A DNA stretch of 38,542 nt from Betaproteobacteria bacterium (GCA_031403365.1 JANNTE010000127.1:1-38542); one strand, 5' to 3'. Shown: positions 28,671-38,301, numbered from the stretch's first letter. A program made the numbers and translations. The notes: generated from the letters alone by a model not told the origin.

Positions 28671-31448
28671 ATGACGGCCCCGGATCAGAGCGTGCCCGCG
28701 GCCGACAAGGAATCGCCGTTGCGGGAAGATATCCGCCTGCTGGGTCGCATCCTCGGCGATACCCTGCGCGAGCAGGAAGGTGAGGGAATATATGATCTGA
28801 TTGAGCGCACGCGACAGAATGCCATCCGCTTTCGCCGCGATCGTGATCCGCGGGCACGGCAGGAACTCGAGGCCACGCTCAACAAACTCGATCCGGCGCG
28901 TACAGTCGCGGTGGTCAGGGCATTCAGCTATTTCTCGCAACTGGCCAATATCGCCGAAGATCAACACCACAATCGCCGCCGCCGCGCCCATCTGATCGCC
29001 GGATCGGATGCGCAAGAAGGCAGCATGGTGCTGGCGCTGGATCGGGCGAGGGAGAACGGGGTCAGCCCGCAGCGGGTATCGGATTTTTTTTCTAATGCCT
29101 TGATCTCGCCGGTGCTCACTGCGCACCCGACCGAGGTCCAGCGCAAGAGCATTCTCGATTGCCAGCTTGAGATCGCGCGCCTCCTGACCGAACGTGATCG
29201 CATTGTGTTGACGCCGGACGAACGCCTGGCCAACGAAGAATCCCTGCGGCGTGTCGTGTTGACTTTGTGGCAGACGCGCATCCTGCGAGAGCTGCGCCTG
29301 ACCGTGAATGACGAAATTGAGAACGGCTTGTCGTACTACCGCTACACTTTTCTGCGCCAATTGCCCAGGCTCTATGCAGAAGTGGAAGATTTGCTGGAGG
29401 TGCGCAAGCTGGGTGAAATTCGATCCGCGAACTTTCTCAAACTGGGTAGCTGGATCGGGGGTGATCGGGATGGCAATCCTTACGTGACTGACGAGGTCAT
29501 GCGCCAAGCCCTTGGGCGCCAGTTCGCGACCGTGATGGATTTTTACCTTGAAGAGCTGCACCAGCTGGGGGGTGAACTGTCGCAGTCCCTGCGTATCGTG
29601 GTAACCACGCCGGCGCTCGAAGACCTGGCGTCGCGTTCGCCGGATACGTCCGAGCACCGTCGCGATGAACCCTACCGGCGCGCGCTGACCGGAATCTACT
29701 CCCGGCTTACCGCCACTTCGCATGCGCTGGGCCATCGTCACGAACGACCGGCCATTGCGCATGCGCAGCCTTATCGGGACGACACCGAGTTTGCCGCGGA
29801 TCTTGCGACTCTGGCGGACTCGCTGGCCGCCAACGGTTCCCGACGCGTCGCCCGGGGAAGGTTGCGCAATTTGCTGAGGGCTGCGCGAATATTCGGGTTT
29901 CATCTGGCGCCCCTGGACATGCGCCAGCACAGTGGTGTGCACGAACAGGTCGTCGCGGAGTTGTATGCGCTCGGGGCATGCCAGGAAGGTTATGCGCAAC
30001 TCGATGAAAACGGGCGCTGCGATTGGCTGCTGCGGGAACTCAGGTTGCCCAGACTGCTGCGATCCCCTTACCTGAAATACAGCGAGGAAACTGCCAAAGA
30101 GTTGGCCATCCTTGACACTGCCGCCCAGTTGCACATCCGTTTCGGCGCAAAAGCGCTGCCAAATTACATCATTTCCAAGGCCGACGGCGTCAGCGATCTG
30201 CTCGAAGTCGCGCTTCTGCTCAAGGAGGTGGGACTGCTGCGCGCAGGCGAGCACGTGCATTCGCAGGTCAATATCATCCCGTTGTTCGAAACGATAGCGG
30301 ACTTGCGCGGCTGCGGCCCGATCATGGATCGTTTGTTTACGATTCCTCTATACAGGCAATTGCTCGCCAGCCGGGACGGGGCGCAGGAAGTCATGCTGGG
30401 TTATTCGGACAGCAACAAGGATGGCGGATTTCTGACCGCCAACTGGGAGCTGTATAAGGCGGAAGTCGAACTCGTCAAGGTATTCGCCCGTCATGGTGTA
30501 AGGCTGCGGCTGTTTCACGGTCGCGGAGGGTCGGTCGGACGAGGCGGCGGCCCGAGTTACCAGGCCGTGCTGGCACAGCCGCCCGGTAGCGTGGCGGGGC
30601 AAATCCGCATCACCGAGCAAGGCGAGGTCATTGCCAGCAAGTATTCCGATCCGGATATTGGCCGGCGCAATCTGGAGACTCTGCTGGCGGCGACTTTCGA
30701 GGCGACCCTGCTCACGCCCTCTGGCTTCGACCATAGCGACTTCGATCAAAACGCATTTCGCGAAGTCATGGAAGAAATGAGCGCGACGGCATATGCAGCC
30801 TACAGAAAACTGGTCTATGAAACCCCGGGTTTCGAGCAGTTCTTCCGCAGCGCCACGCCCATTGCCGAGATCGCCGATCTTAACGTCGGCAGCCGCCCGG
30901 CTTCGCGCAAGAAGTCCACCCGTATCGAGGACTTGCGGGCGATACCTTGGGTGTTCTCGTGGTCCTTGTCGCGCATCATGCTGCCCGGCTGGTATGGGTT
31001 TGGTGCCGCGGTCGAGGCACTGATCGCGCGTCGCGGCAATGCCGGGATGGATATGGTCAGGCAGATGTACCGGGACTGGCCCTTTTTTCGCACCCTGCTT
31101 TCAAACATGGACATGCTGCTGGCGAAAAGCGATATCGGAATCGCTTCGCGCTATGCGGAACTGGTTGTCGATGTGTCACTGCGGGAAAGCGTATTTGGGC
31201 AGATTCAGGCCGAATGGCATCGTACGGTTGGACATTTGCTGGCAATTACGGGCCAGAGCGAATTACTGGAAGCCAACCCGGCGCTGTCGCGCAGTTTGCG
31301 CAATCGTTCGCCTTATATCGATCCGCTCAATCATCTTCAGGTGGAACTGCTCAGGCGATATCGAGCCGGTGAAAATCAGGAGCGCACCCGGCGCGCCATA
31401 TTGCTGACCATCAACGGTATTGCCGCGGGGTTGCGCAACAGCGGTTAG
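28671..31448 (+). CDS. ppc: Phosphoenolpyruvate carboxylase
   Basis: VLTAHPTE, SWIGGDRDGNP, MLGYSDSNKDGG, FHGRGGSVGRGGGP, LRAIPW, C-terminal GLRNSG. Start placed at ATG 28671. Confidence 0.98.
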   Translation: MTAPDQSVPAADKESPLREDIRLLGRILGDTLREQEGEGIYDLIERTRQNAIRFRRDRDPRARQELEATLNKLDPARTVAVVRAFSYFSQLANIAEDQHHNRRRRAHLIAGSDAQEGSMVLALDRARENGVSPQRVSDFFSNALISPVLTAHPTEVQRKSILDCQLEIARLLTERDRIVLTPDERLANEESLRRVVLTLWQTRILRELRLTVNDEIENGLSYYRYTFLRQLPRLYAEVEDLLEVRKLGEIRSANFLKLGSWIGGDRDGNPYVTDEVMRQALGRQFATVMDFYLEELHQLGGELSQSLRIVVTTPALEDLASRSPDTSEHRRDEPYRRALTGIYSRLTATSHALGHRHERPAIAHAQPYRDDTEFAADLATLADSLAANGSRRVARGRLRNLLRAARIFGFHLAPLDMRQHSGVHEQVVAELYALGACQEGYAQLDENGRCDWLLRELRLPRLLRSPYLKYSEETAKELAILDTAAQLHIRFGAKALPNYIISKADGVSDLLEVALLLKEVGLLRAGEHVHSQVNIIPLFETIADLRGCGPIMDRLFTIPLYRQLLASRDGAQEVMLGYSDSNKDGGFLTANWELYKAEVELVKVFARHGVRLRLFHGRGGSVGRGGGPSYQAVLAQPPGSVAGQIRITEQGEVIASKYSDPDIGRRNLETLLAATFEATLLTPSGFDHSDFDQNAFREVMEEMSATAYAAYRKLVYETPGFEQFFRSATPIAEIADLNVGSRPASRKKSTRIEDLRAIPWVFSWSLSRIMLPGWYGFGAAVEALIARRGNAGMDMVRQMYRDWPFFRTLLSNMDMLLAKSDIGIASRYAELVVDVSLRESVFGQIQAEWHRTVGHLLAITGQSELLEANPALSRSLRNRSPYIDPLNHLQVELLRRYRAGENQERTRRAILLTINGIAAGLRNSG

Positions 31449-31572
31449 CGCTGTTCGCTCGCGAGCGCCGACCCAGCGTCGCACGCGTATCGGTTCCAGT
31501 CCCCCTGCATTTTTCATCCATAAGGCAAGCCAGAACTCGGGCTGGTTGCGCAGTTTTGAACCCAGACCGATC

Positions 31573-31617
31573 GACTTGAAAATGTGATGAATCGCGCGCG
31601 AATCCGGTTTTCAAGTC
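31573..31617. promoter_or_regulatory. 10-bp perfect inverted repeat upstream of the kinase cassette
   Basis: GACTTGAAAA (31573-31582), 25-nt spacer, TTTTCAAGTC (31608-31617). Confidence 0.4.
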
Positions 31618-31767
31618 CTCGGCCGCGAACCTTTGGAGCGCGGCATTAATCAGGTAGTTTTACAAATAATCATATACTTTTGGGGCAAATATCGTACAAT
31701 CTCGAGGCAGATTGCCTTAATTATCTACAAATCAAGGGCTTCGTGCATCCAATCAAGGGCGGATAAG

Positions 31768-34314
31768 ATGAAGAAAGCGGCGGTCTGGAAAGCCGACTGG
31801 TTCCTCGGACTTATCGTGGCGGTGGCGTTGCTTTTTGCTTCCGGCAGTGATCTGGTCCAAAGTCTCGAGCGCTTGGCCTACGACTGGGGCGTTCGCGCAT
31901 CCAGCCATGACCCATCGCCGCGCGTCGCCGTGATAGCCATTGACGACCAGAGCATTGCCAACATCGGACGCTGGCCGTGGTCGCGTGAAGTCCACGCACA
32001 GATGATTGCCAATCTGAAGCAGTCTGGGGCCAAGGTGGTCGGATATGCCTCCTTCTTTTTCGAGCCGCAAATTGATCCCGGCCTGGCCTACGTCCAGAAA
32101 CTGAGCGCGCTCTATTCCGCGATACCCCAGAACGAGAGAGAGAATCTGGCTGAATTTGCGTCTGTGCTTGCAGAGGCGGAAGAAGCGATGAACAGCGATC
32201 GCAAACTGGCCGCCGCCATTTCCGAAGCGGGGAATGTCGCGCTGCCGATGCTGTTTGCCCTGGGGGAACCGCAGGGAAACCCGGACCGTCCTCTTTCAGA
32301 GGATGTTCTGAAGAACCAGATCACAAAAGTGGTGGACCGCATCGGGGCCGGGGACAACAATTTGTTTCCGCTGGCCACGCGACAGGCCGATGCGCCTCTG
32401 GCCGAAATTGCCCACGGTGCGGGCGCCATCGGCCACCTGAACGCGCTGCCCGACATTGATGGCAGTACCCGCACCGAGCCGCTGGTGCTTCGTTACTATG
32501 ATCAGTATTTCCCCTCGTTCTCATTGGTGCTCGCGGCCAGGAGCCTCAACCTCGGTCCCGGCGATATCGAGCTTCGGCTGGGAGAGGGCATCAAAGTCGG
32601 GAATCTGTCCATCGCGACTGATCCCGACCTGCAGATGCACAGCTACTTCTACAAGGACCACGAGGGTGTACCCGCGTTTGCGCTGGACTCTTTCTACGAT
32701 GTGATTTCGGGAAAGATTTCGGCCGACAAGTATCGCGACAAGGTCGTTCTGATCGGCGCAACCGCAGCCGGCGTGGGCACTTATCAGGTGACGCCCATCT
32801 CGGCCGCAATGCCTCCGGTCGTCATTCTTGCGCATTCGGTGTCCAGCATTCTCCAGGAAGATTTCTTCGTCGCTCCGGCATGGGGATTCTGGGTGGAGAA
32901 GCTGACATTTCTTTTGATCGCGCTGTATATCATCTTGATGTTGCCGCGGCTGAACGCGGGGATGGGTTTTGCCGTAAGCGCTGCGTTGCTGGCGGCGATT
33001 CTGGCGACACACTTCGCGTTCATGGCGGGCAAGTTGATGTGGATTCAACTCATGGCATCAGCGGTGCTGCTGGTCATCGGCCACATTCTGTTGACGACCA
33101 AGCGTTTCCTCGTGACTGAGCGCGGCAAAGTCAAGTCGGATCTGGATTCTGCCGAGTCCAATCGCATGCTGGGACTGGCTTTTCAGGGCCAGGGCCAGCT
33201 CGACATGGCCTTCGACAAGTTCAAGAAGGTGCCGCTTGACGACGCGGTAATGGACAACATGTACAACCTCGCCCTTGATTTCGAGCGCAAGCGCCAGTTC
33301 AACAAGGCGCACGCGGTCTACGAGTACATGGCAACCTACAATCCCAAATTCCGCGATCTCGATCAGAAGCTCAATCGCGCCAAACAAATGTCGGAGACCG
33401 TCATCCTCGGCACGGGCGGCGGACGAACCAATGCCAGCACTCTGATCACGGAAGGCGGGTCGGTGGAGAAACCGATGCTTGGCCGCTACCAGGTCGAGAA
33501 AGAACTTGGCAAGGGTGCGATGGGCGTGGTGTACTTGGGCAAGGATCCCAAGATCGGTCGCGTAGTTGCGATAAAGACCATGGCGCTGTCGCAGGAATTC
33601 GAGGCTGACGAATTGGAAGAAGTGAAGCAGAGGTTTTTCCGTGAGGCGGAAACCGCGGGCAGACTGAACCATCCGAACATCGTGACGATTTATGACGCCG
33701 GCGAAGAGCATGATCTCGCCTATATCGCCATGGAGTTCCTGAAAGGAAAGGACCTGGTGCCGCAGACCAAGCAGCCCGCACTGTTGCCGCTGCCCATGGT
33801 GCTTTCAATCGTGGCGCGAGTCGCGGATGCGCTTTCCTATGCGCACTTGCAGAGTGTGGTTCATCGCGACATCAAGCCGGCAAACATCATGTATGACCCG
33901 CAGTCCGATTCCGTAAAAGTGACCGATTTCGGCATAGCCCGGATTACGGATTCGTCGAAGACCAAAACCGGAATGATCCTCGGCACACCTTCCTATATGT
34001 CTCCGGAGCAACTGGCAGGCAAAAAAATCGAAGGTCAATCGGACTTGTTTTCGCTGGGAATTACGCTATATCAGCTGTGTTGCGGCAGTCTGCCGTTTCA
34101 GGGGGAATCGATGACGCAGTTGATGTTCAAGATCGCCAACGAACCACCGATCGACATTCTTGGCATCAATCCCGACTTGCCGCCGTGCGTGGTGGCCGCT
34201 ATTAACAAGGCGCTCGCCAAGAATGTGGCGGAGCGATATCAAAGCGGTGCCGAATTCGCGCAGGCCGTTCGCGACTGTGCGGCCCAGTTTGATACCGTGG
34301 ACGTTCCTCTCTAG
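31768..34314 (+). CDS. CHASE2 sensor - TM - TPR-like - Hanks-type Ser/Thr protein kinase
   Basis: CHASE2 (IAIDDQS...GRWPWSR, DGSTR, KVVLIGATA), three TMs, TPR-like helices, kinase GKGAMGVV, VAIK, HRDIKPAN, DFG, GTPSYMSPEQ. Start placed at ATG 31768. Confidence 0.95.
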   Translation: MKKAAVWKADWFLGLIVAVALLFASGSDLVQSLERLAYDWGVRASSHDPSPRVAVIAIDDQSIANIGRWPWSREVHAQMIANLKQSGAKVVGYASFFFEPQIDPGLAYVQKLSALYSAIPQNERENLAEFASVLAEAEEAMNSDRKLAAAISEAGNVALPMLFALGEPQGNPDRPLSEDVLKNQITKVVDRIGAGDNNLFPLATRQADAPLAEIAHGAGAIGHLNALPDIDGSTRTEPLVLRYYDQYFPSFSLVLAARSLNLGPGDIELRLGEGIKVGNLSIATDPDLQMHSYFYKDHEGVPAFALDSFYDVISGKISADKYRDKVVLIGATAAGVGTYQVTPISAAMPPVVILAHSVSSILQEDFFVAPAWGFWVEKLTFLLIALYIILMLPRLNAGMGFAVSAALLAAILATHFAFMAGKLMWIQLMASAVLLVIGHILLTTKRFLVTERGKVKSDLDSAESNRMLGLAFQGQGQLDMAFDKFKKVPLDDAVMDNMYNLALDFERKRQFNKAHAVYEYMATYNPKFRDLDQKLNRAKQMSETVILGTGGGRTNASTLITEGGSVEKPMLGRYQVEKELGKGAMGVVYLGKDPKIGRVVAIKTMALSQEFEADELEEVKQRFFREAETAGRLNHPNIVTIYDAGEEHDLAYIAMEFLKGKDLVPQTKQPALLPLPMVLSIVARVADALSYAHLQSVVHRDIKPANIMYDPQSDSVKVTDFGIARITDSSKTKTGMILGTPSYMSPEQLAGKKIEGQSDLFSLGITLYQLCCGSLPFQGESMTQLMFKIANEPPIDILGINPDLPPCVVAAINKALAKNVAERYQSGAEFAQAVRDCAAQFDTVDVPL

Positions 34315-34327
34315 TTTGGCGGCCAAC

Positions 34328-35152
34328 ATGAGCCTTAGTACCGCACTCGAGATTGTCAAGGCGACTCACACCGGGATGGTGCGTTCGCACAATGAAGACA
34401 GCATCGCCACTGACGCCGAAATCGGTCTCGCGATTCTGGCCGACGGCATGGGGGGTTATAACGCGGGTGAGGTCGCCAGCGGCATTGCGACGGCACTGAT
34501 ATCGAGCGAAACCCGAGAGGCGCTTGTGCGCGTCGATCCGCACGAAATGGACGCGGCGACCGGCAACGTTGTTGCGCACAAGCTTCTCGCGGACATTGTC
34601 GCCAAGGCCAACACATCTATTTTCAACGCGGCCAACAGCCAGCCCCAATACTCCGGCATGGGTACGACGCTGGTGGTTGCATTGTTCTGCAACAATCAAC
34701 TCACGGTTGCACACATCGGCGATTCGCGCTGCTATCGGCATCGCGGCGGCAAGCTGGAGGCGGTAACCCGCGACCACTCGCTGCTGCAGGAGCAGATCGA
34801 TAGCGGCCTGATTACAAAAGAAGCGGCACGACGATCCCAGAACAAGAATCTGGTAACGCGTGCACTGGGTATTGAGCCAACCGTCGATACCGAAGTCCAT
34901 TCCTATCCCGTGCAGGAAGGCGACATATACTTGATCTGTTCGGACGGCCTGAACGACATGGTTGAGGACGATGACATCGAAATGACGCTCGGCGCGCTCG
35001 GAGCGAATCTTCCACTCGCCGCCGAGCAATTGGTGCAGATGGCGAACGACAACGGCGGCCGGGATAACGTATCGGTTGTGCTTATCAAAGTGAAAAAGGA
35101 CTTTCCCGCGGACGAAAGTTTGTTTGCAAAGTTCTTTTCCTGGTTCAAATAG
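34328..35152 (+). CDS. PP2C-family (Stp1/PrpC-like) Ser/Thr phosphatase
   Basis: GMVRSHNED, LADGMGG, MGTT, HIGDSR, TRDHS, CSDGL, GGRDN. Start placed at ATG 34328. Confidence 0.95.
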   Translation: MSLSTALEIVKATHTGMVRSHNEDSIATDAEIGLAILADGMGGYNAGEVASGIATALISSETREALVRVDPHEMDAATGNVVAHKLLADIVAKANTSIFNAANSQPQYSGMGTTLVVALFCNNQLTVAHIGDSRCYRHRGGKLEAVTRDHSLLQEQIDSGLITKEAARRSQNKNLVTRALGIEPTVDTEVHSYPVQEGDIYLICSDGLNDMVEDDDIEMTLGALGANLPLAAEQLVQMANDNGGRDNVSVVLIKVKKDFPADESLFAKFFSWFK

Positions 35153-35164
35153 AGGAAAGCGGCT

Positions 35165-35974
35165 ATGGCGAAGTTGATATTGAGTCTGGACGGTCAGTTG
35201 ATCAAGGAGTTCGCGCTTAGCAAGGAGCGAACTTCCATCGGACGCAAACCTCACAACGATATTGCGATCGACAATTTGGCTGTGAGTGGCGAGCACGCCG
35301 TCATCATGACGATTCTCAACGATTCCTTCCTCGAAGATCTGGGAAGCACCAACGGCACCCTGATCAACGGACAGGCGGTCAAGAAACATTTTCTGCAGAA
35401 CGGCGATACGGTGGAGATTGGAAAATACAAGTTGAAGTATGTAAACGAAGCGCCGGCCACCCTGAATCAGGATGAATTCGAGAAAACCATGGTTCTGAGG
35501 GCACCTCCGGCCGCAGCGGTCCGAAAGCCGGAGGTCAAGAATCTTGGCGACACCCAGACAAATATTCCGGCGATACCCGGAATCAGCAACGCGGCCGTCA
35601 CGACTCAGCCTGGGATGAGCGCAGGCGCTTCGACGGGTCCGACGCCCGCGACGCCCGCGAAACCCGCAAGCCCGCCTGTTGCCACCGCTGCGGCTGCGAC
35701 GGGTTCGGGCGCAGGGGGTACCCTCCAGATACTTTCCGGGCCGAATGCAGGCAAGGAAATGCCGCTAGCGAAGCCCTTGACGACACTGGGAAAGCCAGGC
35801 GTTCAAGTTGCGGTAATTGCCAAGCGTCCGCAGGGCTATTTCCTGACCCACGTCGAAGGCGGCAACTTCCCGGTGGTTAATGGCAAGACGCTCGATGCCC
35901 AAGCGTATCAGTTGGGCGATCACGACATCATCGAACTGGCGGGAGTCAAAATGGAGTTCTTTCTCAAGGCCTGA
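35165..35974 (+). CDS. FHA-domain protein with P/A/T-rich linker and a second, degenerate FHA-like domain
   Basis: IGRKPHND, AVSGEHA, DLGSTNGT; C-terminal domain TTLGKPG...VNG...LGDHDIIELAG; AGGA RBS. Confidence 0.92.
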   Translation: MAKLILSLDGQLIKEFALSKERTSIGRKPHNDIAIDNLAVSGEHAVIMTILNDSFLEDLGSTNGTLINGQAVKKHFLQNGDTVEIGKYKLKYVNEAPATLNQDEFEKTMVLRAPPAAAVRKPEVKNLGDTQTNIPAIPGISNAAVTTQPGMSAGASTGPTPATPAKPASPPVATAAAATGSGAGGTLQILSGPNAGKEMPLAKPLTTLGKPGVQVAVIAKRPQGYFLTHVEGGNFPVVNGKTLDAQAYQLGDHDIIELAGVKMEFFLKA

Positions 35975-36076
35975 GGACTCCAAGGCGTCCAATCTCGAGC
36001 GGATCGACTTCAGAAAAGCAATGGGATCGTACGCCCGTAGTTGGCTTTCGGCGTGCGACACTCTGTGGGAGGTCCA

Positions 36077-38299
36077 TTGAAGAAGCACCTGTTGCGCGTC
36101 GTTCTGGGCCTTGCGGTGGTCCTGGCGTTTGCGGGGCATGCCGCCAAGTACTACAAAATCCCATTCATCGACCGGCTCGAAAACATTGTTTACGACGCGC
36201 GTCTGCGCCTGACGCTGCGAGACAGCGTGGACCCACGCGTAGTGATCGTCGACATTGACGAGAAAAGCCTCGCCGCCGAAGGCCGCTGGCCGTGGCGGCG
36301 GGATAAACTTGGCATCCTGCTCGACCAGTTATTCGACCATTACAAAGTAGGAATAGTCGGGTTCGACGTTTTTTTTACCGAACCTGACGAGAGCTCCGGA
36401 CTGGAGATTCTGCAGCAATTGAGCCGGGCGGAGTTGAAAGGTGACGCCCTGTTTCAGGCGGTCCTGAAGGACGTTGCACCGCGCCTCGAATACGATCGTG
36501 TGTTCGCGGAAAAGCTGAAGAACCGGGCGATCGTGCTCGGATACTACTTTTCCGACGTTCAATTGGAAGATGGGAAAGGGCTGGCGTCCGGTGCTCTTCC
36601 CGATCCCGTGCTTCAAGCCGGTACATTCAAGGGCAAGAACGTCTCGTTTACCAGTTGGGCCGGCTATGGCGCCAATTTGGAGGAATTTCAGAAAGCGGCC
36701 GCGGGCGCGGGCCACGTCAATGCCTGGCCAGACGACGACGGAGTGACCCGTCGCGTCCCGGTCCTCGCCGAGTACAAAGGCGGCTACTACGAGTCCTTGT
36801 CGATGGCAATGGTCAGGTTGGGCCTGGGTCTGCCGTCAGTCGTGCCGGGGTTCTCGGGGCAAAAGTCGAAGGACTACCCCGGGCTCGAGTGGGTAGAAAT
36901 GGGAGATGTGAGCATACCGGTTGACGATATCGTTACTGCGCTTGTTCCCTATCGAGGCAAGCAAGGCAGCTTTCGATACGTGTCAGCTACCGATGTACTG
37001 AAAGGGGCCGTGCCGCGTGATGCACTTGAAAACAAGATAGTGCTGGTCGGCACCACAGCGCCGGGCCTTTTTGACCTGCGCGCGACGCCGGTCGCCAAGG
37101 TTTATCCCGGGGTTGAAATCCATGCCAACATGATCGCAGGAATGCTTGATGGCAACATAAAAAAACGACCGGCTTACGTACTGGCCGCGGAAATTCTGCT
37201 GCTGTTGTTTGCCGGCATCGCCATGGCGATGCTGTTGCCCCTGATCAATCCTTTGCGCGCCACGATCCTGACGATCGTGGTATTCGTGGCGGTGTTTGCG
37301 ACCAATTTCCTGGTGTGGACGCAGGGAGGCCTGGTGCTTCCCCTGGCATCCGGTTTGCTGATGGTGGCGATGATCTTTGCTCTGAACATGTCCTATGGCT
37401 TCTTCGTCGAGTCGCGGGCAAAACGTCAGATTACCGGTTTGTTCGGACAGTACGTCCCGCTCGAACTGGTCGATGAAATGAGCAAGAATCCGGAATCTTT
37501 CTCCATGGAGGGAGAGAGCCGTGATCTAACCGTCCTGTTTACCGACGTGCGCGGATTCACCACGATTTCCGAGGGCATGGATCCGAAAGCATTGTCCAGT
37601 CTGATGAACGAGTTCCTCACGCCATTGACGCGAATTATTCACAAGAATCGCGGCACCATCGACAAGTACATGGGCGACTGCATCATGGCCTTCTGGGGCG
37701 CACCGCTCGCCGATCCCCATCATGCCCGCAACGCGGTCATTGCCGGGATGGAAATGCAACGCGCCCTCGACGAGCTGCAGCCAAAATTCCTGGACAAAGG
37801 CTGGCCGCCGATTCTGATCGGAGTCGGGGTGAACAGTGGCCGGATGAGTGTGGGCAACATGGGCTCGGAAATCCGGCTGGCATATACGGTAATGGGAGAC
37901 GCCGTAAACCTTGCTTCACGCCTTGAGGGCATTACCAAGCAATATGGAGTCGGCATGATCGTCGGCGAAACCACCCGCGCCCAAGTGCCGGAAGTCCAGT
38001 TTCGCGAGCTTGACCGGGTCAAAGTTAAGGGCAAGGACGCCCCGGTCGCCATCTATGAGCCGCTCGGATTGGTTGATTCGCTGTCCCCGGACATTTCGAA
38101 TGAGTTGAAAATCTGGGTTCAAGCGCTCAGGCTGTACCGGGCCAGAGACTGGGATATGGCAGAATTGCAGTTGATCAATCTGATTAAGCTGGCCCCGGAT
38201 CGGGGTTTATACAAGCTGTTCCTTGAGCGCTTGGCGCATTTGCGCAAGAACCCGCCCGAACAGGGCTGGGACGGTTCCTGGAAATTCGAAACCAAATAG
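36077..38299 (+). CDS. CHASE2-domain class III adenylate cyclase
   Basis: CHASE2 (VDIDEKS...GRWPWRR), three TMs, cyclase LFTDVRGFT, DKYMGD, YTVMGDAVNLASRLEG, VKGK. Likely TTG start at 36077 after GGAGG. Confidence 0.93.
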   Translation: MKKHLLRVVLGLAVVLAFAGHAAKYYKIPFIDRLENIVYDARLRLTLRDSVDPRVVIVDIDEKSLAAEGRWPWRRDKLGILLDQLFDHYKVGIVGFDVFFTEPDESSGLEILQQLSRAELKGDALFQAVLKDVAPRLEYDRVFAEKLKNRAIVLGYYFSDVQLEDGKGLASGALPDPVLQAGTFKGKNVSFTSWAGYGANLEEFQKAAAGAGHVNAWPDDDGVTRRVPVLAEYKGGYYESLSMAMVRLGLGLPSVVPGFSGQKSKDYPGLEWVEMGDVSIPVDDIVTALVPYRGKQGSFRYVSATDVLKGAVPRDALENKIVLVGTTAPGLFDLRATPVAKVYPGVEIHANMIAGMLDGNIKKRPAYVLAAEILLLLFAGIAMAMLLPLINPLRATILTIVVFVAVFATNFLVWTQGGLVLPLASGLLMVAMIFALNMSYGFFVESRAKRQITGLFGQYVPLELVDEMSKNPESFSMEGESRDLTVLFTDVRGFTTISEGMDPKALSSLMNEFLTPLTRIIHKNRGTIDKYMGDCIMAFWGAPLADPHHARNAVIAGMEMQRALDELQPKFLDKGWPPILIGVGVNSGRMSVGNMGSEIRLAYTVMGDAVNLASRLEGITKQYGVGMIVGETTRAQVPEVQFRELDRVKVKGKDAPVAIYEPLGLVDSLSPDISNELKIWVQALRLYRARDWDMAELQLINLIKLAPDRGLYKLFLERLAHLRKNPPEQGWDGSWKFETK

Positions 38300-38301
38300 C
38301 A

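Noticed and set aside
28650-30260. Long antisense ORFs (also 4332..5753, 13491..14741, 34202..35389, 1514..2401)
   Set aside because: They mirror well-supported genes on the other strand, as expected in high-GC coding DNA, and have no domain motifs.
31768-35974. Type VI secretion regulatory module
   Set aside because: No tss, vgrG or hcp genes in the window, and the partners are a cyclase and a phosphodiesterase. A role in trans cannot be excluded.
28671-35974. GarA/OdhI-style control of PEP carboxylase by the FHA protein
   Set aside because: Only adjacency supports it; a 319-bp gap with its own promoter-like zone separates ppc from the cassette.
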